From an uncultured Gemmatimonadales bacterium (GTDB taxonomy: Bacteria; Gemmatimonadota; Gemmatimonadetes; Gemmatimonadales; GWC2-71-9), in the NCBI GenBank assembly GCA_963695555.1, contig CAVOGR010000001.1, forward strand, positions 352,001 to 416,000: a DNA stretch of 64,000 nt. The letters are read 5' to 3'. The translations under genes and the position numbers were made by a program. Shown piece by piece: positions 20,616 through 30,431 of the stretch (within the stretch, counting starts at the first letter, position 1; the number at the start of each line of letters is the position of its first letter). Under the pieces are notes generated by a model that was given only the letters and a program-made list of their open reading frames with translations, did not search any database and was not told where the DNA came from.

Positions 20616-21587
20616 TTGAGTCCCGATTCCCGGAGTTGTCCCAGGTGCAGCGTCACGCTGTTGGCCGACGCGCGATACTGCTATGCGTGTGGCATCGGCA
20701 TCGCCGCGGCCGCCTCAGGCGAGTATGCTTTACTCGATCTCGAACGCTTTTTCGACTACGCGCTGGACATGCTGTGCATTGCCGGCGTCGATGGATATTT
20801 CAAGCGGGTGAACCTGGCATTTGAACGTGTCCTCGGATTCACCGCCGAAGAAATGTTGTCGAAGCCGTTCGTTGAATTCATCCATCCCGAAGACCGATCC
20901 GAGACGACGGCGGAAGTGGGCAAGCTGGCCAGCGGGGCGCCGACGCTTTCCTTCGAGAACCGGTATCTGTGCAAGGATGGCAGTTACAAAGACCTGAGCT
21001 GGACGTCCTACCCCGAGCCCGGAACCGGTCTCTTGTACGCCGTGGCACGCGACATCTCGGACGCCAAGCGGCGGAACGATCTGGTCGATGGGTTGACCGG
21101 GCTCGCGAGTCGGAGAGCCTTTGATGAGGCCCTGGAGAAGGAGTGGAAGCGCGCGGTCCGGCTTCGGGTGCCGTTTGCGGTGGCGTTCTTCGACATCGAT
21201 CACTTTCGGAACTACAACAAGCACTTGGGACACAAGGCGGGCGATGACTGTCTGCGCCAGTTGAGTCAGGTCCTGCGCAGCCACTCGCGGCGTGCCGGGG
21301 ACTTGGTGGCGCGCTCCGACGGTGGGGAGTTCGGCTTCTTGATGGAAGGTGGGCTCACACCGGAAAAGACCATCGCCCTGTGCGAGATCATCCGTGCCGG
21401 CATCGAGGCGCTGGACCTGCCGCATCCCGGAGCCGATTCCCCGGGCTGTGTCACCGTGAGCGTCGGCGTGGCGGCAGGCGTGCCGGCTCCGGCGGAGACC
21501 CCGGAGCGCATCGCGAAGCTGGCCAGGGAGGCCCTGACCGACGCCAAGCGACAAGGCCGCAATTGCGTGGTGTGCGCGGCCTCTTGA
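20616..21587 (+). CDS. Zinc-ribbon + PAS + degenerate GGDEF domain protein (start uncertain)
   Basis: CPRC...CYAC ribbon, PAS (VNLAF...IHPEDR), DGLTGLASRR, DIDHFRNYN, active site reads DGGEF. Confidence 0.8.
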   Translation: MSPDSRSCPRCSVTLLADARYCYACGIGIAAAASGEYALLDLERFFDYALDMLCIAGVDGYFKRVNLAFERVLGFTAEEMLSKPFVEFIHPEDRSETTAEVGKLASGAPTLSFENRYLCKDGSYKDLSWTSYPEPGTGLLYAVARDISDAKRRNDLVDGLTGLASRRAFDEALEKEWKRAVRLRVPFAVAFFDIDHFRNYNKHLGHKAGDDCLRQLSQVLRSHSRRAGDLVARSDGGEFGFLMEGGLTPEKTIALCEIIRAGIEALDLPHPGADSPGCVTVSVGVAAGVPAPAETPERIAKLAREALTDAKRQGRNCVVCAAS

Positions 21588-21662
21588 TCGAACGTGTGAG
21601 CAACTGCGCTTCAGCTCGGGGTCCCGTCGCATTTCTGCTGCGGGACCCTGCCGGTTGAGGGT

Positions 21663-23132
21663 GTGTCCCCTGTTCGCTATGTACCACTTCCATCGGTGCT
21701 GCACATGCGCCGCGTAAGGCGCAAGTCCGCAGCCATCGCCGCCGTCTTCTTGGCGGCACTCTGGACCACCATGTGTATCCGCGGTGTGACGCGGCCGCTT
21801 CCGGCCGGCCTCTCGTTTGCCGGCGTGGAGCATCGCGGCGTTCCCGTCGAGTTTCTGGCCGATCTCACCTATCAGCGCGACAGCGGGCAGGTGGTCGAAC
21901 AGGTCATCTTCGACCGGGTGTTCCAGCTGATCGATCGCGCCGAGCGGTTCATCCTGATCGACATGTTCCTCTTCAACGGAGAGCACGGCGGCGATCGCGA
22001 GTATCTGCCGCTGGCTGAGCGTCTCTCCGAACGGTTGATCGCGAAGAAGCGGGCCTCGCCCGACGTTCAGATCACGTTCATCACAGACGAGATCAACACC
22101 TTCTACGGGGCATACACCAGTCCGGAAATCCTGAGCCTCCGCGCCAATGGCATCACGGTCGTGGTGACCGATCCAACCAAGCTGCGCGATTCGAATCCGG
22201 GGTATTCCGCCCTGTGGCGCCCATTGCTTCAATGGCTTGGCACGGGTGGCCCGGGGTTCCTGCCCCACCCGCTCACCAGCTCGGGCCAGAAGGTGACGCT
22301 CCGGTCGTATCTCAGGCTGCTCAACTTCAAGGCCAACCATCGAAAAGTGATCGTCACGGAGCAGGAGTGCCTTGTTGCCTCGGCGAATCCGCATGACGCC
22401 TCGAGCTTCCACTCGAACATCGCGTTCGCCATGCGGGGAGGGCCCTGCCAGGACGCGCTCCGGGCCGAGGGCGCAGTCCTCGCGTTTTCGGGCGGTGGAC
22501 CACTCACCGACAGTGTCAATCAGGCCGACGCCGGGGATTCGCGAACGACGGCGCAATACCTGACCGAGGGACAGATCAAACGGGGGGTACTCGAAGAAAT
22601 CGGGGCCCTCCAGGGTGGTGATCGGCTGGATATCGCCATGTTCTACCTGTCAGATCGCTCGATCATCCGGGCGCTCCTGGACGCAGCCCGGCGGGGCGTC
22701 GGCATCCGGCTGATTCTCGATCCCAATAAAGATGCCTTTGGGCGCCAGAAGGGCGGGATCCCCAATCGACAGGTGGCGCACGAGCTCGTCACCCAGTCCG
22801 GCGGGCGCATCGCCCTGCGCTGGTACGACACCCATGGGGAGCAGTTCCATACGAAACTGGTGATCGGGCGGCACGAGGGTCATGTCGTCGCGATTGGCGG
22901 ATCCGCCAATCTGACTCGGCGCAATCTGGACGATTTCAATCTCGAGGCGGACGTGAAGGTGACAGCCCCCCTCGATTCCCGTCTGGCGGAGGACGTTGGC
23001 CGCTACTACGAACGGTTGTGGACCAACGCGGGCGGCCACTACATCCTTGGCTACGAGGCGTACGAGGACCGGTCTCGGCTCAAGCGGGTGATCTACCGGA
23101 TTCAGGAATGGAGCGGGTTCAGCTCATATTGA
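21663..23132 (+). CDS. Phospholipase D superfamily protein (start uncertain)
   Basis: Two HxK motifs (NHRKVIV...SANPHD; FHTKLVI...GSANLT); N-terminal TM. Confidence 0.85.
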   Translation: MSPVRYVPLPSVLHMRRVRRKSAAIAAVFLAALWTTMCIRGVTRPLPAGLSFAGVEHRGVPVEFLADLTYQRDSGQVVEQVIFDRVFQLIDRAERFILIDMFLFNGEHGGDREYLPLAERLSERLIAKKRASPDVQITFITDEINTFYGAYTSPEILSLRANGITVVVTDPTKLRDSNPGYSALWRPLLQWLGTGGPGFLPHPLTSSGQKVTLRSYLRLLNFKANHRKVIVTEQECLVASANPHDASSFHSNIAFAMRGGPCQDALRAEGAVLAFSGGGPLTDSVNQADAGDSRTTAQYLTEGQIKRGVLEEIGALQGGDRLDIAMFYLSDRSIIRALLDAARRGVGIRLILDPNKDAFGRQKGGIPNRQVAHELVTQSGGRIALRWYDTHGEQFHTKLVIGRHEGHVVAIGGSANLTRRNLDDFNLEADVKVTAPLDSRLAEDVGRYYERLWTNAGGHYILGYEAYEDRSRLKRVIYRIQEWSGFSSY

Positions 23133-23166
23133 TCGGATGTCACCAATATCCAATGAGAGGATAACC

Positions 23167-23766
23167 ATGAGGCTCGCGTCGCGGTCTACCGTCGTCCTAT
23201 TCACCAGCAGCCTAGTGCTCGCGGTGAGTGGGTGCACCACGATTCGGGGCGTTGCGGCGCTTCGGCACGTGGATTTTTCGCTCGACCGGGTCGACGACAT
23301 GCGTCTGGCCGGCGTAGCCATGAGCCGGATCCGATCCTATCAAGATCTGAGTGTCGGCGAGATCGCTCAACTCGGGTTGGCCGTCGCCCGGAAGGACTTG
23401 CCGCTCGACTTCATTCTGCACGTCCAGGCAGAGAATCCGTCGGACAACACCGTAACGGCCGAGCTCGTGCGTCTCGATTGGACGCTCTTGCTGCAGAATC
23501 GGGAGACCATCAGCGGGAGCGTAGACACGAGCTACGCCCTCCGGCCCGGCGTGGCGCAAGACGTTCCCATCGCCATGCATCTCGACCTGACCGACTTCTT
23601 CGAGGGCAGCGCCAAGGACCTGGTGGAACTGGCGCTGAACCTGGCGGGGCAGGGAGGCGAGCCCAAGGAGATCACGTTGCGAGGCGTCCCGTCCGTCGAT
23701 ACGCCGCTGGGCCCCATTCGCTATCCCCAGCCCATCACCATCGCCAGCCGGCGGATCGGGTCCTGA
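23167..23766 (+). CDS. LEA_2-like lipoprotein
   Basis: Lipobox VSGC; AENP...LDWTLLL beta-rich LEA14-like pattern. Confidence 0.6.
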   Translation: MRLASRSTVVLFTSSLVLAVSGCTTIRGVAALRHVDFSLDRVDDMRLAGVAMSRIRSYQDLSVGEIAQLGLAVARKDLPLDFILHVQAENPSDNTVTAELVRLDWTLLLQNRETISGSVDTSYALRPGVAQDVPIAMHLDLTDFFEGSAKDLVELALNLAGQGGEPKEITLRGVPSVDTPLGPIRYPQPITIASRRIGS

Positions 23767-23769
23767 TGG

Positions 23770-24180
23770 TCAGGGGCGGTCGGGGGTCCCGGAGGGTCGC
23801 GGAGCAAGCTTCCGATTTTCGAGGGCAGTACCCAGCTCCCACCCAATGACTTTCGCCGTGGGCCCGTCACGCCGGGCAATGCTCAAGACGAGGCGGTCTT
23901 CCGAACTGCCCGGCATGCCATCGAATACGGCCAGGCTTCTGGCTTGCAGGATCAATTTGGCGCTGAAGATTCCCCGTCGGTAATCGACCCGCGTAAGCTG
24001 GTCGAGCGCGATCGATCGCAGCTTGATCTCGGATTGCTCCAGGCTCGCGAGCGACGTGCGATACTCGAGTACAATGCCTCCGGGTTCCACGCGGAGGACC
24101 CCGCCAATGAAGATCCAGCCCTTGCGGATGTCCGCGAGCTCGGGGTCGATGGTGAACGGGACGCTCTGGATCTTAGCCAT
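23770..24180 (-). CDS. Hypothetical protein
   Basis: Fills the gap downstream of the DUF2339 gene; GC3-rich; no known motif. Confidence 0.6.
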   Translation of the reverse strand: MAKIQSVPFTIDPELADIRKGWIFIGGVLRVEPGGIVLEYRTSLASLEQSEIKLRSIALDQLTRVDYRRGIFSAKLILQARSLAVFDGMPGSSEDRLVLSIARRDGPTAKVIGWELGTALENRKLAPRPSGTPDRP

Positions 24181-24236
24181 CGGTCTTCATCAGCTGCCTC
24201 GTGTGGCGCCTCATCCACCGAATCGCCCACTCCGCC

Positions 24237-26012
24237 CTAGAGCCGGTCCGCATTCCCTTCTGGTGAGGCAGGGTGGGATGGGGATTCGTCCACTCGCGGG
24301 TTCCAGCCGCTCCGAAAGTGATAGCTGAGCGCTAGGAACACGGCACCGAAGCTCAAGAACAGGAGAATTCGCCAGATCGGCTCGACTTGACTCAGGTCGA
24401 AGAGGACCAGCTTGCCGGCGGTGGCGAACAGTGTCGCGAGGCCGATGGTTCGAGTCCGAGGCATGAGGAACAAGAGTCCCAGGCTGTAAATGCCCCACGA
24501 GCCGGTCACGATGCCGTCGCCGACGGGGAGTACACTCAGCTCGCGCCAGAGCCAGGCGAGGATGGCGAGGTGCGCCGCGAACCAATACATCGGTGCCGCA
24601 CGCCGATCGAGCCACCGTGTGGCAATTACCAATGACGCGATCACACCGGCATCCGCAAAGGCGCGCCAATTCCAAATCGCCACCTCAGGTGGTGGCTCCG
24701 CCGTCAGTCGCTGGGCCAGCCAGAGCGCGATCAGTCCGAAGAGGAGGTGCCCGGCCGTGCCGACGGACCGGTCGCCGAGCCATCTCGCCAGTAGGAGCAG
24801 TACCAGCGCCTCAGCTGCATAGAGTGCCAGCTCGACGTGACCCTGGAATAACAACGACACCCCGACCGCGACCAGGACGGCACCGGTAAGGATGTGCGCT
24901 GCTCTCAAGGCTGGGACCCCGTCGGGTCGGCTCAGGTACCATGCGGCGAGGCCGTAGAGCGCTGCGGCGGCCAGGGCGATCACTCCCCACACGGTGTCGT
25001 CAGTCGGCCGCCACGCAACGTGTGAGGCATAGAGCGTGGCAGCTGCAGTCGCGATCAGCAGCACCGCGAGCTGGCGGTGTCGCACCCCCACTTCCCGCGC
25101 CTTGGGTACCCCGGATTCCGGATAAGGCCACCGGTTCGGCTGGCGACGAGCAAGCACCTCGCGGCTAACCGGTACAAGCCAGAACAAGAGCCAGATCACG
25201 GTCACGCCGGATTGAAGCGCCACCGAGTTGGTGTCGGCACTTCCCTGGAACGCCAGCGCCAGCACCAACCAGCCGCCCAATGCCGTGATCCAGAGCAGTG
25301 ATTGCCACCCCCTGAATAGATAGATCGCGCTCGTACCTGCGAGCAGGATCGAGGTATACGCGATCAGGCTCGGGACCGAGCCGGTCTCGGTATAGAGCAG
25401 AAACGGTGTGCCGAGTCCGCCGACGGCACCGAGTACGGCAAGGATGGCCTCGCTCTGGCGTACGCTCACCCAGAAGAGAAACACCGTCACCAGCACCATG
25501 AAGGCGAACGCGACGGGATGGCTGACGAGTTGAAAGAGCTGAAACGCGGCGAACCCTGTGATGTACCAGGTGGCCGCCGCACCTCCGAGCACGATCTGGC
25601 TGAACCAGCGCTGGGCGTGGTGCACCCGGAAACCGATCGTGGCAAGCACTACCCCGAGAACCAGCCCAAAGGCGACCCGGATTTCCGGCGTAAGCCAGCC
25701 CCGGTCGACCGCGTACTTAAAGAGGAAGGCAACCCCGAGGAGAAGAAGGCCGATTCCAACTCGGCTGATCCAGAACTGAGGTCCGCGGGAGAGGAGCCCG
25801 GCGAACGGTGTGGCGATGGCGCGCCGTGGGGTGCGCACCGCGCGAGTGAACGGAGGTGGAGTGGCAACGCCGGCATCGGTCTGCTGACCCGACGCGGTCC
25901 CGCGCCGTGCGATGGCCTCGATCAAGCCCGCGACCGTGTGCTGGAGGTTTTCAACTGCGGCCTCGAGGTGTTGAAGCCGCTCTTCGGCCGAGCGCTCGTC
26001 TAGCTCTGGCAT
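24237..26012 (-). CDS. DUF2339 family membrane protein
   Basis: N-terminal coiled coil, RVGIGLLLLGVAFLFKYA...WLTPEIRV, C-terminal KLVLFDLS..EPIWRILLF. Confidence 0.85.
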   Translation of the reverse strand: MPELDERSAEERLQHLEAAVENLQHTVAGLIEAIARRGTASGQQTDAGVATPPPFTRAVRTPRRAIATPFAGLLSRGPQFWISRVGIGLLLLGVAFLFKYAVDRGWLTPEIRVAFGLVLGVVLATIGFRVHHAQRWFSQIVLGGAAATWYITGFAAFQLFQLVSHPVAFAFMVLVTVFLFWVSVRQSEAILAVLGAVGGLGTPFLLYTETGSVPSLIAYTSILLAGTSAIYLFRGWQSLLWITALGGWLVLALAFQGSADTNSVALQSGVTVIWLLFWLVPVSREVLARRQPNRWPYPESGVPKAREVGVRHRQLAVLLIATAAATLYASHVAWRPTDDTVWGVIALAAAALYGLAAWYLSRPDGVPALRAAHILTGAVLVAVGVSLLFQGHVELALYAAEALVLLLLARWLGDRSVGTAGHLLFGLIALWLAQRLTAEPPPEVAIWNWRAFADAGVIASLVIATRWLDRRAAPMYWFAAHLAILAWLWRELSVLPVGDGIVTGSWGIYSLGLLFLMPRTRTIGLATLFATAGKLVLFDLSQVEPIWRILLFLSFGAVFLALSYHFRSGWNPRVDESPSHPASPEGNADRL

Positions 26013-26217
26013 GACGCTAAGATACCAGCCGTGCGGAGCCCGGCAAGGGAATGCACCCCGTGCCTGGCGAACCCGTTCCTTGGGCTCTATGCTATGCGAC
26101 GAGGTTCGTTCGGGAGCGTTGGTAGGACGCGGACAGAATCTCGAGGTGTTCACGGCCTCGCTCCTCGCACTTGCAGGCGAGCTCGGTTAAGGGGCACTGA
26201 TCTTGGAGGAACCGTCG

Positions 26218-27197
26218 ATGGCCCCCAATCTGGATCTCAGGTCTCATCATTTCCGTGACGTCACCCGGCGCACCTTTCTCGAGTCGAGCCTCGCGGCCTC
26301 GGCGTGTTTGGCGCTGCCCGAGATCTTCCGGCGCAGCAGGCCGGGGCGGTTCGCCGTGCCGGGTCCGTTCGAGTTGGAAGAGGCTACCATCGCGATGCTG
26401 CAGGAGGGCATGCGGAGCGGGAAGTATACGTCGCAGCGGCTCTGCCGATTGTACCTCGCGCGAATCGACGACCTCGACCGGCACGGGCCAACGCTCCGGT
26501 CGGTGATCGAGGTCAACCCCGACGCGCTGCAGATTGCGCGGGAACTCGATGCCGAGCGAAAAGCCGGCCGGATTCGCGGACCGATGCACGGCATTCCCGT
26601 CCTCATCAAGGACAACCTCGCCACCGCCGACCGCATGGAGACCACCGCGGGGTCACTGGCGATGCTCGGGGCCAAGCCGCCGCGCGACTCCTTCGTCGCC
26701 GCACGGCTTCGGCAAGCAGGTGCCGTGATCCTCGGCAAGACCAACCTGAGCGAATGGGCCAATTTCCGTTCCACCAATTCAGTGAGTGGCTGGAGCGGCC
26801 GCGGCGGGCTCTGTCTGAGCCCATATGCCCTCGACCGGAACCCGTGCGGCTCGAGCTCGGGTACCGGCGGCTCTCGCGCACCGAGGGATTTGATGTGGTG
26901 ATGGCAGAACATCGATTGGATGCTCTCGTGGCGCCGACCGGGGGCCCGGCATGGACCACCGATCTGGTGAACGGCGATCATTTCCTGGGTTCGAGTTCGT
27001 CGCCGGCCGCCGTGTCGGGCTATCCGAACATCACGGTACCCGTGGGATACGTGTTTGGCTTGCCGGTTGGCATGAGCATGATGGGGAAGCCGTTCGACGA
27101 GCCAACACTGATCAAGCTGGCCTACGCATATGAGCAGGCCACGCGAATACGGAAGCCACCTCCCTTCTTGCCGACGGCCGATCTTACGCGGCCCTGA
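26218..27197 (+). pseudogene. Tat-exported amidase (amidase signature family) with large internal deletion and frameshift near 26865
   Basis: RRTFL Tat motif, IKDN, GKTNLSEWAN, GSSSGTG; then jumps to another frame carrying only the C-terminus (LDALVAPT...AAVSGYPNITVP...AYAYEQAT). Confidence 0.85.
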
Positions 27198-27198
27198 C

Positions 27199-27250
27199 CG
27201 CGGCGGTTCGGCGGTTGGGCGGATCGATCCGCCCAACCGCCCGTCCGCAG
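27199..27250. repeat. Hairpin built from 8-bp GGCGGTT(G/C) units between convergent genes
   Basis: GGCGGTTCGGCGGTTGGGCGGATCGATCCGCCCAACCGCC; same unit at 35573 and 46822. Confidence 0.6.
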
Positions 27251-27265
27251 AAACAGCGTTTCCCT

Positions 27266-28048
27266 TCAGTCCACCCGCTGGATAGTGACCCGCGCCACCG
27301 GCTCCTGCCATCCATGCTGCGCGGGGTCGAGGTCCGCGCCGCCCTGAATGCCGGCATGCGGGGCAATTGCGTCGGTCGTCGGGGTGCGCGCACCGCCGCC
27401 GGCCGGTCCGGTCACCGGACCGATGCCGAAACACGGCGGCACGATGCTCCCGCTCGTTTCATCGTTCCGCTCGGTGCCTGCATCGTAGGCGATCGCATAG
27501 TAGGTCGCCGGCGTGAAGCCCCCGGGGAGCTTGACGCCGTCGAGCCCGGTGAAGCCGTCGTTGGTGCAGATGAGCATCACGGCGAAGGAAAACCGATTCG
27601 CGTTGGCGCGGGCCGCGATCTGAAGGGTGAGGCTATTCGGGCCCGGCCCACCGATGCGATGAATCGGCGCGCCGATGGACTGGACGTCGACGATGCCGGG
27701 CTGGCCCGTCACCGCGCCCACGGCCATCGACGGATCGCCGTTTTCGGCGATGAACCGGATTCCTTCCGAGGCTGCCGCGCCAACCGAGAACAGGCTCTGC
27801 TGCTTGGTGTGGGTCACGAACACCCCGGGCGACATGGGTTGCCCGGTGGTGAGGTTGGTGACCGTGATTTCGTAGGTGTGCGTGGCCGCATCGTTGGCGT
27901 TGGCCGCGCCGAGCTCGGGCTCGGACGCGGCGACGCTGCCTCGGGCGGCTGTGGGATCGGTCATGCCCGAATCTTCCATACAGGCAGCGGTAAAGAGCGC
28001 GCTTACCGCGATGAGGACGGCCGAGGTCGATCGCAACTGTACATCCAT
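27266..28048 (-). CDS. Spondin_N domain lipoprotein
   Basis: Lipobox TAAC; YEITVTNLT.GQPMSP, AENGD, MLICTNDGFTG, YDAGTE motifs. Confidence 0.85.
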   Translation of the reverse strand: MDVQLRSTSAVLIAVSALFTAACMEDSGMTDPTAARGSVAASEPELGAANANDAATHTYEITVTNLTTGQPMSPGVFVTHTKQQSLFSVGAAASEGIRFIAENGDPSMAVGAVTGQPGIVDVQSIGAPIHRIGGPGPNSLTLQIAARANANRFSFAVMLICTNDGFTGLDGVKLPGGFTPATYYAIAYDAGTERNDETSGSIVPPCFGIGPVTGPAGGGARTPTTDAIAPHAGIQGGADLDPAQHGWQEPVARVTIQRVD

Positions 28049-28130
28049 GACGAGCCTCCTTGTGACGTTGATGTTCGACGACACGACTAAGCTCGTGGTG
28101 GGACTATCTCATGTGAAGGGCAAAAAGGCC

Positions 28131-28158
28131 GAATGAGAGGATTCTAACGGCCTTCTAA
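28131..28158 (-). promoter_or_regulatory. Candidate OmpR-family binding site (11-bp period direct repeats) upstream of the spondin gene
   Basis: Minus strand TTAGAA-N5-TTAGAA-N5-TCATTC; 14/15 identical to 30293-30307. Confidence 0.55.
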
Positions 28159-29571
28159 TGCAGCAGCGGGGAGCCAGAGCGCAAACGTGCTCCCCCGTCC
28201 GGGTTCGCTCGTGACATCGATGTGGCCGTCTTGGAGTTTCGCCAACAACTGCGCGATGGTGAGGCCCAACCCGGCTCCGCCATGCGCCCGACTTCGCGAC
28301 GACTCGACCCGGTAGAATCGATCGAAGATGTGCTCACACTGCTCGGCGGTAATGCCCACTCCAGTGTCCGAGACGCGCACGCCGCCCATGGCTCCGTCAC
28401 GGACGAGCGCAAACGTGATGCGGCCTTCCTTGGTATAGCGAACGGCATTCGCCGCCAGGTTGAGCAGGATCTGGCGGACCCGGGCCGGGTCGCCGAGCAC
28501 CTGAACGGGCTCGTCGAGCTCTGCCCGGACGGAGATGTCGGAGCCAGCCGCCATGTCGGCCGTAATCTCCACCACTTCCCGCACCACCTCCGCCAAGGCG
28601 AACTGCCGTCGCTCGATTGCGAGCTGCCGGTTCTCTCCTCGCGCGATGAGCAGCAAGTCCTCGACCATGCGGTTCATGCGGTCCACTTCCCGGCTCGTCG
28701 CGGCGAGTGCCTCTGCGACGTCCTCCGCCGACCGACCCTCGGCGAGTGCCCACTGCACCTGCGCGCGCAGGTGCGTGAGCGGGGTCCGGAGTTCGTGGCT
28801 TGCGTCGGCGGTGAACGCCTCGAGTGCTTGGTGGGAACTGTCGACCCGATCGATCATCATGTTGATCGCGTCGGCCAAGCCAGTCACCTCGGCCAACCCT
28901 GTGGGGATCCCAACCCGTCGGCTGAGGTCGCGGGGCCCGATGTCCTGGGTCTCCGCGACCACCCGCCCAAGCGGGGTCAGGGCTCGCGCGACGGTACGGT
29001 TCGCCCCCCGGCGCGCGGCCAGCGCCGCGACCGGCAGGAGGACGAGCGCGCCCAAGGACAATGCCAGCAGGGCGAAGAGATACGGCCGCCTGCTCCCGGC
29101 CACGTAGATGTCGAACTCCCCGGCGCGGCGGTGGAGCACATGAAATCGCCAGCGCCCACGCTCCGCAATCGATTGAAGCAGGGTACGTCGCACGTCATCG
29201 GGTGTGCTGCCGATCTCGCCGCCCGTCTCGATCCGCTTCGCGGGCATCGTCGGTGAGAGGAAGTACACCGACGGACCGCCGGCAGCGTCACCGGTGGGAA
29301 CGGTGCGCGTGATCATAAACCGATCGCCCATGCCCAGCAGCTGATCGGCCAGCATGGCCGGCGCGACGGTTGAGGGCGCCGCCCCGGGTTCGACGTAAAG
29401 GCCCAGCAGCGACTCGATCCCATCGGCTGATTGCTCGAGGGAGCGCCGAAGGCCGATTTCGCTTACCAGCGCGAAGGCAAGAACAACCAGGACCGCGTAG
29501 GCAGCAAGCGTACTCCAGACCAATCGGTCGAACCGGCGGGTGAGGACGCTTGCGAGGTGTGGCTCCCTCAC
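28144..29571 (-). CDS. Sensor histidine kinase (TM-HAMP-HisKA-HATPase)
   Basis: FTADASHELRTPL, NLAANAVRYT, DTGVGI, GAGLGL; GTGA overlap with the response regulator. Confidence 0.92.
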   Translation of the reverse strand: MREPHLASVLTRRFDRLVWSTLAAYAVLVVLAFALVSEIGLRRSLEQSADGIESLLGLYVEPGAAPSTVAPAMLADQLLGMGDRFMITRTVPTGDAAGGPSVYFLSPTMPAKRIETGGEIGSTPDDVRRTLLQSIAERGRWRFHVLHRRAGEFDIYVAGSRRPYLFALLALSLGALVLLPVAALAARRGANRTVARALTPLGRVVAETQDIGPRDLSRRVGIPTGLAEVTGLADAINMMIDRVDSSHQALEAFTADASHELRTPLTHLRAQVQWALAEGRSAEDVAEALAATSREVDRMNRMVEDLLLIARGENRQLAIERRQFALAEVVREVVEITADMAAGSDISVRAELDEPVQVLGDPARVRQILLNLAANAVRYTKEGRITFALVRDGAMGGVRVSDTGVGITAEQCEHIFDRFYRVESSRSRAHGGAGLGLTIAQLLAKLQDGHIDVTSEPGRGSTFALWLPAAALEGR

Positions 29572-30242
29572 GTGGCCTCCAGTCGGTAGCCAACGCCTCT
29601 GACCGTTCGTATCGTGGCGCCGCTCGACTCGAACGCCACTTTCTTCCGGAGGTAGTTCACGTATACGTCGACCACATTGGTCTCGGGGTCGAACTGGTAA
29701 CTCCATACGGCTTCGGCGATACGGGAGCGGGAAAGCGTGCGCCCCGCGTTCCGCATCAGGAATTCCAATAGGGCAAACTCCCTGGGCGTCAGGTCGAGGA
29801 TGCGGTCACCGTTCATGGCTTGGTGCTTCAGCGGGTCGAGCGTAACCTGGCCCACCGTGAGCGTGGTGTCTTCGTGCCGCAGCTGCGCGCGCCGGATGAG
29901 TGCCACGATCCGCGCGAGGAGTTCGGGCAGATCGAACGGCTTGGTAACGTAGTCGTCGGCGCCGCCCTCGAGTCCGCGAACGCGGTCATCCAATTCATGC
30001 TTGGCCGTGAGGAGCAGAATAGGAGTCGTGACGCCATGGGTGCGGAGGTGGGTCGTGACCTCGAAGCCGTCCCGCCCGGGGAGCATCACGTCCAACACAA
30101 TGCACTCGTAGCTGGATGCGAGGGCCTGGTCCAGGGCCTCGTCCCCCGAGGCGGCCTCGTCGATGGTGTACCCCTCCTCATGGAGGGCCTTTGTGAGGAA
30201 GCGCCGCAACTCGCGGTCGTCCTCGACCAGGAGAATCCGCAT
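29568..30242 (-). CDS. OmpR/PhoB family response regulator (CusR/CopR-like)
   Basis: ILLVEDD, LDVMLP, GADDYVTKPF, NVVDVYVNYLRKK, TVRGVGY. Confidence 0.95.
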   Translation of the reverse strand: MRILLVEDDRELRRFLTKALHEEGYTIDEAASGDEALDQALASSYECIVLDVMLPGRDGFEVTTHLRTHGVTTPILLLTAKHELDDRVRGLEGGADDYVTKPFDLPELLARIVALIRRAQLRHEDTTLTVGQVTLDPLKHQAMNGDRILDLTPREFALLEFLMRNAGRTLSRSRIAEAVWSYQFDPETNVVDVYVNYLRKKVAFESSGATIRTVRGVGYRLEAT

Positions 30243-30285
30243 GGCCGGAAGGTAGGTCGCGTTGCCGGGGACGGGCAACGCGGCA

Positions 30286-30307
30286 GTGGATTATGAGTGG
30301 ATTCTAA
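30286..30307 (-). promoter_or_regulatory. Candidate OmpR-family autoregulatory site
   Basis: Minus strand TTAGAATCCAC-TCATAATCCAC tandem 11-mer about 45 bp upstream of the regulator start. Confidence 0.55.
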
Positions 30308-30380
30308 TGAGCAATTGAACCTTGCGGTGGTGGCCAGGCATGAGAGGATTGCACCAGCAGAATGTGGCAAGGATGAGGAC

Positions 30381-30404
30381 GCCCCACCGGAAAGCCGGCG
30401 GGGC
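30381..30404 (-). terminator. GC-rich hairpin after the cupredoxin gene
   Basis: GCCCCACCGG-AAAG-CCGGCGGGGC (G-U pair on the minus strand). Confidence 0.4.
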
Positions 30405-30431
30405 GGAGCCCTCAGAAGGAGGTAGATCGCG

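Noticed and set aside
17230..22556. Long antisense ORFs (e.g. 17230..18735, 20730..22556; also 48740..50338 and 56093..57535)
   Set aside because: Shadow frames of well-supported genes in high-GC DNA, with no motifs.
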